From NCBI RefSeq assembly GCF_963506605.1, contig NC_083286.1:27218001-27282000 (forward strand): a stretch of 64,000 nt of DNA, written 5' to 3'. The translations under genes and the position numbers were made by a program. The notes beneath the pieces were generated by a model that saw only the letters and a program-made list of their open reading frames with translations, did no database searches and was not told where the DNA came from. Below, piece by piece: positions 13,939 through 24,300 of the stretch; position 1 is the first letter of the stretch; each line of letters begins with the position of its first letter. Source of the stretch: Zootoca vivipara. Taxonomy: Eukaryota.

Positions 13939-16900
13939 ACCAAAATTGTTCTTATTTGGGTAAGATTTCGACTTTCTTAAGGTAGACTTTTTTCTTTAAT
14001 GGCACACGTGACTGTGATTGTTATCCACACTGGTGACCTCTTGGATTTGGTTGTACAACTATCTTTGATATATCAAAGAGCCAAATGTGCATTTTTTTAA
14101 CTGGATTGTTTTTGTTTTTATAGGTCCCTGGTTTGATATGTATCTTTCTGCAAGAGATCCAGTTGTTTTAAACTACAACCCTTTCATTACTTTAAATCCT
14201 GATCCAAAACCAGAATACAACAAGCAAATAGTGAGAGCAACAAATCTGGTTGTATCATCGTTAAAATTTCTTAACAGCCTGAAGAATAACTATTTGCGGC
14301 CAGATATATATTATGTCAATCGCAAATGGGGTCAGAGTAAAGTATTCAAACATTTTATCCGTATTCTTCCACCTAGTATATCCTGGTATGGAGCGTATTT
14401 GGTGAATGCATATCCTTTAGACATGTCACAATATAAGTCACTCTTCAACAGCACTAGAATTCCTAATTTAAGTAAAGATGTATTGTTCACAAGTGAATTT
14501 GCAAGACATTTGTTGGTGATGAGAAATGGACATCTCTATGTTTTTGAAGTATTGGATGCTTTTGGTAACATTCTACACCCATCTGAAATCCTGGCTCATT
14601 TAACACAAATAATACATGATGCCGATCGTTTGCCTCCGTTTGAACTTTGCTACCTGACAACTGAAGATAGAAATACCTGGGCAACACTAAGACAGGAACT
14701 TGTTCAAAAAGGTAACGAAGAAAACCTCAAGAAACTTGACAGTGCTGTATTTTGTCTTTGCTTAGATAGAGCTTCCCCCAAAAATGAAGTTGAACTCACT
14801 CATTGTTTTCTTCATGGATATGGTTTCAATCGCTGGTTTGACAAATCTTTTAGTCTGATTGTCACTAGTGATGGTACCGCAGGAATAAATTTTGAACACT
14901 CTTGGGGAGATGGAATTGCAATTCTGCGTTTTGTTAATGAAGTCTATAGAGACAGCACAGAGCACCCGGCTCTTGTACCACAAGCCAGTCCAGCTCTATT
15001 TGTTACATCATGTGACAAGCTTGAATTTAATATGGATCACACAATAAAATCTGCTATAAGTGCTGCACTTCAGAAATTTGATAAAAAAAGGGGAATGCTC
15101 TGTGTTAGAACACTTAAGTATAAAAAGTTTGGAAAACAATATTTAATAAATCAAAATTTGAGCCCTGATGCTGTGTTTCAGCTTGCATGTCAGATGGCTG
15201 TCTATCACCAGTATGGAAAACTTCTTCCTTCTTACGAAGCATGTAGTACTGCAGCTTTTAAGCACGGTCGCACTGAAACAATTCGACCAACATCTGTGTA
15301 CACAAAAAAATGTACAGCTGCATTTATTGATCAACGAGGGAAGCATAGCGCTGAAGAAATAAGAAACATGATTGATGAATGTTCGAAGTATCATAAACGC
15401 TTGCAGCTGGAAGCTACATTAGGTTAGGCCTTTTCAACATTTTCTCATACTATTGGGTTTCTGTTGTTTGACTTGTCTTACAGAAAGGGTAATGTTTCCT
15501 AGGAGTTTTCACATGGAGATACATTCATTCTGGCTTTTCTTCATTTAACTAAAGACCTTGCTGAGAGATACAGAATGCAGTAATATTTTTCATACTTTAT
15601 TTCATTTATATATCCATCCCCCTTCCTCTGAGGAGCTCAAGGCATTATCTGTCATTCTCCAATGCCCATTTTATCCTCACAACAACCCTGTGAGGTAAGT
15701 TAGGCTGACAGATTGACAGCACAATCCTATCCATGTCTGCTCAAGATTAAATAAAATAAATACTCTATGAAACAGGAATGTTCTAAAATTCGGCATACTG
15801 TATTTCTTAACAGTCATAGACATTCAGATGCCATGCTAAATAGTGTCTTAGGATGGCATTTATGTGCCTACCTTCCTTCCAGGTTTACATGCTTTCCCCT
15901 CCTATTTCCTCCTGTAGCCTGGAGGACCTTAGAAGCCTTAAATTTGCCTTTTTGCATCTAAACCACAGACCATAGTTTACCATTAAATGTACCAACTTGA
16001 AAACATATGGTAGATTATGAAGCTGGTTTGTTGAGACTAATTAGTGCTAAACCACACAATGAAAAGTTGTATCTAAGAGAAAACAATGAACGCTTTTAAA
16101 TTCCTCCGCTCAGTTGTGGGAGAATTACAGAACTGTAGAGTTGAAAGGGACCCTGAGGGTTATTTAGTCCAACCCCCTGCAATGAAGGACTATGCAGCTG
16201 TCCCATACGGGGATCATACCTGCAACCTTGGCTTTATCAGCACCACGCTCTTAACCAACTGAAAGGAGATATAGACAGAAGATCAGGAGGAAGGTAGGCA
16301 CATGCAGGTCATGCTAAACCAAATGTGGCCATACACCCCCTAGTAAGATGAAATATGGTTATGCTTAGTGGGGAGACATTTCAGTGTATCGTTGGGGATA
16401 CTCATGGGTGTCTAGCTGTCTGGCATCATTAGACAAAGTTGCAGGTCATTCCAGGATAACAGGAAAATATAAAAATTAGGAACGGCATCAAGTCAATGAT
16501 AGAAGAAGCCGCTTAAAGCTATTTAAAAGCTATCACTTAATGGAGGTGTTTTCACAAAACAATGCATAAATAGTGTTTTCTATTTCATATAACTAGAATG
16601 GAAAAGTTTATTTACTAAGTATATAATCAGAATGTTCTAGCTCACTTTCTGTACATTAGGTTGTATCCAGAGCAGACCTAATGAAATTAGTGAACTTAGC
16701 TAACTTTCCTTTTCACCTGAGCTTTTGGTCATTCATGTGTGGGTTTCAAGTATTTGTGGCCTCTTTTAGTAGGCAGGATCTGTAAGCCCTGTTGTTGTTT
16801 TAATACTTACTCTATGTATTTGCCCTTTTTTTAAATCCAGGCCAAGGATTTGATCGCCATTTATTTGCCTTGAAGTACCTCGTCCAGCGCAGAGGTGGAC

Positions 16901-17169
16901 GTATGCCTGATATTTATAATGACCCAGCCTACAAAAACATAAACCATGTTATAATTTCAACTAGTACATTAGGCAGTGAAGCAATTAATCATGGTGCGTT
17001 TGGACCAGTTGTGCCAGATGGTTTCGGAGTTGGATATAACATGTTTGATGATTGGGTAGGAAGTATTACAACTAGCTATTTAGAAAAAGACTTAGAAGAA
17101 CTTATGAGATACATCGAATATACATTGAATGATATATATGATGTCTTAGAAGGAAGAAGACTTAAATAG
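7809..17169 (+). CDS. Carnitine O-palmitoyltransferase 2-like (CPT2 paralog), 664 aa. Exons: 7809-7987, 10133-10213, 12591-12697, 14124-15422, 16841-17169.
   Basis: Five GT-AG exons (179/81/107/1299/329 nt) join in frame with no internal stop. Motifs: Arg-rich N-terminal presequence, [35 protein letters not shown]2-specific insert ...[26 protein letters not shown], catalytic [53 protein letters not shown] at 17266. Confidence 0.95.
8179..8559. mobile_element. Tc1/mariner-type MITE with ~60-bp TIRs and TA flanks, interrupted centrally by (TTA)n and an AT-rich retroelement-like 3' end
   Basis: Left caggtgaaactcggaaaattagaatatc...gcaactt is the reverse complement of right aagttgc...gatattctaattttccgagtttcacctg; TA on both sides. 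Confidence 0.8.
10535..11085 (+). mobile_element. L2 LINE 3' fragment
   Basis: Degenerate [34 protein letters not shown] coding remnants, followed by a 3' UTR and (AAT)n tail. Confidence 0.75.
13352..13885 (-). mobile_element. CR1-like LINE 3' fragment (degenerate)
   Basis: ataagaagagc..ggatcagaccaa... resembles the reverse-complemented squamate CR1 3' end; a similar decayed piece lies at ~53260-53600. Confidence 0.5.
13906..13937. repeat. (GT)n microsatellite
   Basis: Direct reading. Confidence 0.95.
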
Positions 17170-19926
17170 TATCAAATTTTCTATTATATGGAGCTAGCAA
17201 AATAATGATGCAAAATTAAATACAGTATTTAAATATTGTACAGAGGACTGAAATGCAACAGAGAAAATAAACACTCTAGAAAGCAAAAATTTCAGACAAA
17301 GGTTAAAGTAGTTCTATGTCAATGTCAGTATACTAATATTGTAATTTCTTGTTCTTACTGTATATTATTGTTACTACTATTAATGATTTTATAGTAAACA
17401 TTTTTTATGCAATATTTTTTCATTGATTTTATTCACTGCTGCTCATCTAGGGAAATCATATTATGCTGAAGAGTATATCAATTTTGTAATCCCAAACACT
17501 GCAAAACCAAGCAGTATATATGCTGGTGTTTATATGTGTCACCCAGTCAGCCAGCTCTCAAAATGCTTCCTTCCCTCCCATTCTCAAGTGGGAAACTATG
17601 TACTGTATATACATTTTAGCATGCAGAGTCTGCACTGCATGATATTATAATTTCAAGGAACTTTCCCTGTTTTATATGCATGCACATCAACATAGGAGCA
17701 AGGGGCAGATCTGAGTAGCTCTGCCCCTGATGTCCCCTGCTCCTTCACCCAGACTCTATAAGTCAGCATGACTATCTGAATGGAGGGGAAATGCGGGGAG
17801 GAGTCTTCTGGGGTCTTCTGGGGAGGAGTGATGGCAGACTATTTGATTGCTGACACTCATCGGCAGAGATAGTTATGTGGTGATTAAAGGTAATCAAGGT
17901 ATAAATCTTGGTTACCAAACTCCCTGAATGGAGGGAAACTTCACAAGTATGTGCAGGTTGTGTGTGTACAGTTTGTTATACCACATCCGTTAGAAAAGGA
18001 TATAAAAATCCTCCCACATTTCTCTCTCAGTAAACCTAATCCTATTATAACAGTCATAGTAATTTGCATGAATTCCCTTTTAAAAGAACTGGGACAGGAG
18101 TTTAGGGATGATTCCTGGAGAAGCATGGGTGGTGAGGAGGGGCTCCAACAGAAAACTAGTTGTAGCTGTTGATTAATCAAATCACTCTGTTAAGTCTTAT
18201 TACTCCTAGAGGATTCCATTTATACTTAATATTTCTTCACTAAAAGCCATGTTACTGACTTACAAAGAAGAAAGATAGCCAGTGCAAAAATGGAGTCAAA
18301 AAACACTTAAGTAAAAGCAATGTGGTGTCTGCGAGGCTCATTTTATAAAAAGTAGCTTTCAGTGAAATACGGTCACCCAGTACACGTGATAAAGCTTACA
18401 AATCCTAAAAGCTACTGAATAGTTTGCAGAGACAGAAAAGGAACACACACTAAAAGCAATTGATTAATCTGTTTACAGAGAAAACTAGCCAGTTTAAAGT
18501 GCACAGGTCACAAGTTAGAACCGTTAAGAAAGTAAACAATTAACGACATAACTTACTGAGCAGTCAAAATAAACAGACCAATACACAATGGGATATTTTC
18601 CTCCTTTGCATCAATGGAGATTTCTGCCAAACATGGAAAGCAATTGAAAAGAATATCCAGATTTCTGACATGAAATACAGTATGCATGTTTAGTTCTTTA
18701 AGTAATCCCACTGACATGCAGGCCAAGACCTAACCTAGATGTATACTTCGGATACTGGTGAAGTGTGGTGAATCCTGAATTTCATCCAGTAAGAAATTGA
18801 AAAGGGGTAGTAATCAATTGTTGGGGATAAATTGGGCTTTGTCAGAGACAGCAGCCACTGCAGAGATTCAGTATTGGACCCTCAGAGAAAGTTATATATA
18901 GTATGTAATTTTGGACTCAGTCTGGTACTACTTAGCCCCGCCCCATCCCGCCCCCGCCCCATATCAGGCTTTGAAATTAGTGTGAGAACATTTTAACCAG
19001 TGGATTTCTCTTGCAGCATTGATGGCATTCGTTTTAGCGGTTAACACACAGCAGCAGCCTCTGCATTCAGAATCTACTTAAGTTTCCAAACCATCGGGCA
19101 GCCCATGTATTGTAGTTCATCAAGAGGTGATGAGGGCATGCATGACTGTGGCAAGACCTTGTTTCTGTGGGACAGATTACCTGCATACAGTAATTCAGGA
19201 GTACCCAGTGTTGCTCAGACACAGACCACTTAGTCCAAAATTGGAGTTATGGGTATGATGTGAGGACCTTTTAAAGTAGCATCCTCACTACTGCCTCTTT
19301 CGTACTAGCTGGAACAGTTTCTCCCAGAGAAGTATTGGTTAGATACAACAGGGATGGGGAATCTCTAGTCCAGCGGCTGAATCTGGGTCCCTTGGTCTCT
19401 ACCCAGCAGTCAGAACTCTCCCCAGCCACACACCCTCTCCCTAGACTGCAGTCCTCACCAAGCCTGACCCTGTACCTTTTCCAGGTACATTTACCTGTTT
19501 GGAATGTGTCCTTGGGCTGTGATGTTGACACCTATTGCTTGCCTGCGTTACACAACCAACAGGTATGTTTAGGCATGGTCGAGCAGAGACTGCTAGGTGA
19601 ACAGAACTGGGTATCCTGCCCACATCCTTGGATGTAAATAATTGAAAACGAGCCAATAAAATCTGATTAGAGGACTTAGATGGCTCTGCTGTTGACGCGG
19701 AGATAATGGTGGTATCAAGGCTGGAACAAATGCAAGGGTTTTTATCTGCAGAAACTGCAAGGAGCTACAGAAGATTCCGGCCCTTGTAAAGAAAGGAGGG
19801 GGAGAATGTAAAAACTCTTTAATCATGTGGGAAAGCTGTTTAATATTGTTGTTACAGGAATTCTAAGGTCTCAAATATAGAATAAATGTTGATAATTGCA
19901 CAAGGTAAACACACATTTTAAAAAAA

Positions 19927-19964
19927 TAAAGGTACCCCTGACCATTAGGTCCAGTCGCAAACTC
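19927..19964 (-). mobile_element. Sauria SINE 3' tail fragment
   Basis: taaaggtacccctgaccattaggtccagtc is the approximate reverse complement of the tail of the SINE at 2721-3080. Confidence 0.6.
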
Positions 19965-20010
19965 ACACATACGTAAGTATATAAAACACTTGTCCAAAAT
20001 AAAATTTAAA

Positions 20011-20826
20011 AAATCCTTCAGTAGCACCTTAAAGACCAACTAAGTTTTTATTTTGGTATGAGCTTTCGTGTGCATGCACACTTCTTCAGATACAGTGAAA
20101 TAGGAGTCCCCAGGCACTTATGTAGAGAAGGGATGGGGAGGGGGGTGGGGAGGGGAGGGGGGATCACTCAGAAGGGTGGTGGAAGTGGGTGATTGACTGA
20201 CTGATAGCTGTTGATGACCGAAAACGACTGCAAATGGTTTTGCATGAAAAAGCAAGGGTTGAGATGGCTGAAGATCGCTTATCATGTATAATGAGATAAG
20301 AATCCGATATCTCTGTTCAAACCAGGTCCCTCCATGGTTTTGAGCTTGGTGATAAGTTGTAATTCAGCAACTTCTCTTTCCAGTCTATTTCTGAAATTCT
20401 TTTGTAGTAAGACAGCTACTTTGAGATCTTGTATAGAATGTCCTGGGAGATTGAAGTGTTCTCCTACTGGTTTTTCTGTCTTCTGGTTCCTGATGTCAGA
20501 TTTATGTCCATTTATCCTTTGGCGTAGGGTTTGGCCTGTTTGTCCAATATAGAGAGCTGAAGGGCACTGTTGGCATTTGATGGCATACACAATGTTAGAA
20601 GATGAGCAATTAAATAGTCCTGAGATGGAATGTTGGGTGTTGTTGGGTGAGGAGTTGTTTAAGATTGGGTGGCTGTCTGTAGGCAATGAAAGGACTCCTC
20701 ACCCACAATAATACAACCACCAGACAACATGGACACTGGTACCAGAGCCTGCAATAAACCCAGATGCCAACTTTGCTGCCACATACACCCAGACAACATC
20801 ATTACTGGCCCCAACAACATCCAACA
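20011..20826 (-). mobile_element. Penelope-like retroelement, 5'-truncated and rearranged, encoding the GIY-YIG endonuclease C-terminus (ORF 20282-20686)
   Basis: NIVYAIKCQQCPSALYIGQTGQTLRQRINGH...GEHFNLPGHS...E..LI..L.T..GLN is the PLE GIY-YIG domain. The AYRQPPNLKQLL and CNKPRCQLC linker motifs are adjacent, and the 3' end carries a hammerhead motif. Confidence 0.9.
20056..20093 (-). ncRNA. Minimal type I hammerhead ribozyme motif of the Penelope element
   Basis: The minus strand reads GUAU-CUGAAGA-A-GUGUG(CAUG)CACAC-GAA-AGCU-C-AUAC: core CUGANGA/GAAA, helix I GUAU/AUAC, helix II GUGUG/CACAC and palindromic helix III AGCU. Confidence 0.75.
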
Positions 20827-21391
20827 ATAAATTGTAATATGAATATACCCAAGGCAGAGTAGGCCACTAAATTTTCTTAAAGTGAAACTTGCACACATTC
20901 CATCCAACATTCATTTTAAAACTAAAGGGAGGAGACTTTGGAACTTCTAGTTCATTCTGAAACAGAATTCCAAGAATGTTAGGTTCTGTATAACCCAGAA
21001 ACAAGAGCACTTTTTTCCACCTTGCTCTTCAGCTTTTATGCTAGTCTATCAAGGACCATAAACTCAAGAAAACATTACTTGTTGTTTCTGTGGTGTAAAA
21101 AGAAAGTCATCTTTTTTTGCATTATGTTATTTTGGAATGATCGTATTTGAAAGTCCTGGCGGTTGAGACTACAGTGATTGGAGGCGGGGGGGGGGGGCTA
21201 TTTTCTTGTGTACACATGATGTCAGGAGTCAAGGAGGCACTGTGCTTAAGAGGCACATTGTGTTCTCACAAAGGTTTATTGCCTTGGAGGTGGAGATACA
21301 CATAAGTATGGCATATTGTCATTTGCAGCCTGAAATATCAGCTTGGTTAGACTAATTTTAGGAGCTGTAGACAGACACCAGGGCATGCAGG

Positions 21392-24300
21392 ATGTCTCTC
21401 AGGCCAATTGGCTGGATATGTGGAGAGCTGGTCAGGAAATTTGCTGGACAAGGTATGAGCTACTCTGTGTGTGAGTTCTCAAATCCTGGATTCAGAAAAC
21501 ACTGCCTTCTCTATACCTTTGTACTTGATTTTTTAAAAAAATCTGTTTCTACCAGATAGGCCAGGGGTAGGGAACCTCATTCCTGGGGGCCAAATATAGC
21601 CCCAATGCCTCTCTGGGCTGTGGAATTTTCCCCATGCCACACCCCTTCTGCACCAGCCATGGCCCTCGCTAGCCCTATTCCATACATACATGTTTTTGCC
21701 TAGCTAGAATGCCTTTGGTCCCACCTACCACTAGCACATGGTCCTTGAAACGTTGGCCATGTTGGTTTATGGCCCAATAGAATAGAATTTTGCTAATTTA
21801 GATCAGCCAGCAATTGGCTGGACAGCAAGCATAGTTCTTCGTTCTGATGCTGCAGACTTGCTCCAACCTAAATATTTCATGTTTGAACAATGCTTACACG
21901 ATAAGTATAATTTTGAGAACAGGGGCTTTATTATTTTTAACTACTGTTTTTCAATTCAGCCCAGATAATACAGAGAGTCTTCTTGGAAATTATAGATGAG
22001 ATTAGGGATGAATTCCCCAATTTACTGAGACTGACAAGCTCCAACCAGGTAATGTTTCTGAACTAATACTAATACTATTTCACTATTATTTGAAAGTTAA
22101 GTTTCTTTATACAATAGTCTGTTAAAGATTGCATTTATTGCAAACTCAGCAAAGTTTCAGCTAAATGTTTTACTTATACCACAAAGTTATACACAAAGTT
22201 AGAAAAATAATTAATATATTCAGGGGAGACAAGTTTTGGCATAGCATACCTCCAGAAACCTGCTCCACATATTTTTTTTCTTTTTAGTATCATTTTCATC
22301 CAATGATGATAAAAACAATGTTATTACTAAATCCCCAAAATAAGCACACCCATGTGTGCATCTATTGAGTTTTGGCTAATTTATCCAAGTAAGCAGGGTT
22401 AAACTGATGTTTCTAAAGCAGTCTAAAGATCTATGGCATACAATGTTCTTTAGTAAGGAGCCCAAGGGTAGTAATGCTACCGTAATTCCCCCCCCCCTTA
22501 CTGGTGTTTCTGTGAATAATTGTCTAAAATACATGTCAACTTGGTGCATTTGCTGGAATGTTGGACTAGGAAGGACCAGGGTTCAAATTCCCACTCAGCC
22601 ATGAAGTCCCTGGATGACAGCCCTGTCACTGTCTCTCAGCCTAACCTCCCCCACAAGGTTGTGGGGAGGGAGAGATCCATTTATGCCATCTTGAGCTCCT
22701 TGGATTAAAAGTGAGATATTAATATAATAAATGAATGAATGCCAGGGCAAAGATGCTTGCAGATCTCATCATATATTCATTGTCCCCCCAATGGCAAACT
22801 ATACTACATCAGCAATAGGGCCCAGTGTGGGAATGTTGAGGATAGTAGGAGATAATGTTGTTGTTGTTTAGTCGTTTAGTCGTGTCCGACTCTTCGTGAC
22901 CCCATGGACCACAGCACGCCAGGCACTCCTGTCTTGCACTGCCTCCCGCAGTTTGGTCAAACTCATGTTCGTAGCTTCGAGAACACTGTCCAACCATCTC
23001 GTCCTCTGTCGTCCCCTTCTCCTAGTGCCCTCCATCTTTCCCAACATCAGGGTCTTTTCCAAGGATTCTTCTCTTCTCATGAGGTGGCCAAAGTATTGGA
23101 GCCTCAGCTTCACGATCTGTCCTTCCAGGGAGCACTCAGGGCTGATTTCCTTAAGAATGGATAGGTTTGATCTTCTAGCAGTCCATGGGACTCTCAAGAG
23201 TCTCCTCCAGCACCATAATTCAAAGGCATCAATTCTTCGACGATCAGCCTTCTTTATGGTCCAGCTCTCACTTCCATACATCACTACTGGGAAAACCATA
23301 GCTTTAACTATACGGACCTTTGTCGGCAAAGTGATGTCTCTGCTTTTTAAGATGCTGTCTAGGTTTGTCATTGCTTTTCTCCCAAGAAGCAGGCGTCTTT
23401 TAATTTCGTGACTGCTGTCACCATCTGCAGTGATCAAGGAGCCCAAGAAAGTAAAATCTCTCACTGCCTCCATTTCTTCCCCTTCTATTTGCCAGGAGGT
23501 GATGGGACCAGTGGCCATGATCTTGGTTTTTTTGATGTTGAGCTTCAGACCATATTTTGCGCTCTCCTCTTTCACCCTCATTAAAAGGTTCTTTAATTCC
23601 TCCTCACTTTCTGCCATCAAGGTTGTGTCATCTGCATATCTGAGGTTGTTGATATTTCTTCCGGCAATCTTAATTCCGGCTTGGGATTCATCTAGTCCAG
23701 CCTTTCGCATGATGAATTCTGCATATAAGTTAAATAAGCAGGGAGACAATATACAACCTTGTCGTACTCCTTTCCCAATTTTGAACCACTCAGTTGTTCC
23801 ATATCCAGTTCTAACTGTAGCTTCTTGTCCCACATAGAGATTTCTCAGGAGACAGATGAGGTGATCAGGCACTCCCATTTCTTTAAGAACTTGCCATAGT
23901 TTGCTGTGGTCGACACAGTCAAAGGCTTTTGCATAGTCAATGAAGCAGAAGTAGACGTTTTTCTGGAACTCTCTAGCTTTCTCCATAATCCAGCGCATGT
24001 TTGCTATTTGGTCTCTGGTTCCTCTGCCCTTTCGAAATCCAGCTTGCACTTCTGGGAGTTCTCGGTCCACATACTGCCTAAGCCTGCCTTGTAGAATTTT
24101 AAGCATAACCTTGCTAGCGTGTGAAATGAGCGCAATTGTGCGGTAGTTGGAGCATTCTTTGGCACTGCCCTTCTTTGGAATTGGGATGTAGACTGATCTT
24201 CTCCAATCCTCTGGCCATTGCTGAGTTTTCCAAACTTGCTGGCATATTGGGTGTAGCACCTTAACAGCATCATCTTTTAAAATTTTAAATAGTTCAGCTG

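Noticed and set aside
14087-15427. 446-aa ORF read as a standalone gene or CPT2 retrocopy
   Set aside because: It is exon 4 of a five-exon gene with valid splice sites on both sides.
16130-16262. tRNA-like segments (also ~40710-40835 and ~52850-52905)
   Set aside because: Degenerate A/B-box SINE-type fragments; no complete cloverleaf.
17149-17169. Possible peroxisomal targeting signal on the CPT2 paralog
   Set aside because: The C-terminus is -RRLK, not an SKL-type tripeptide, and the N-terminus looks mitochondrial.
19070-19660. Decayed LINE-like region with short ORFs
   Set aside because: Probably an old L2 fragment, but too degenerate to delimit or classify by eye.
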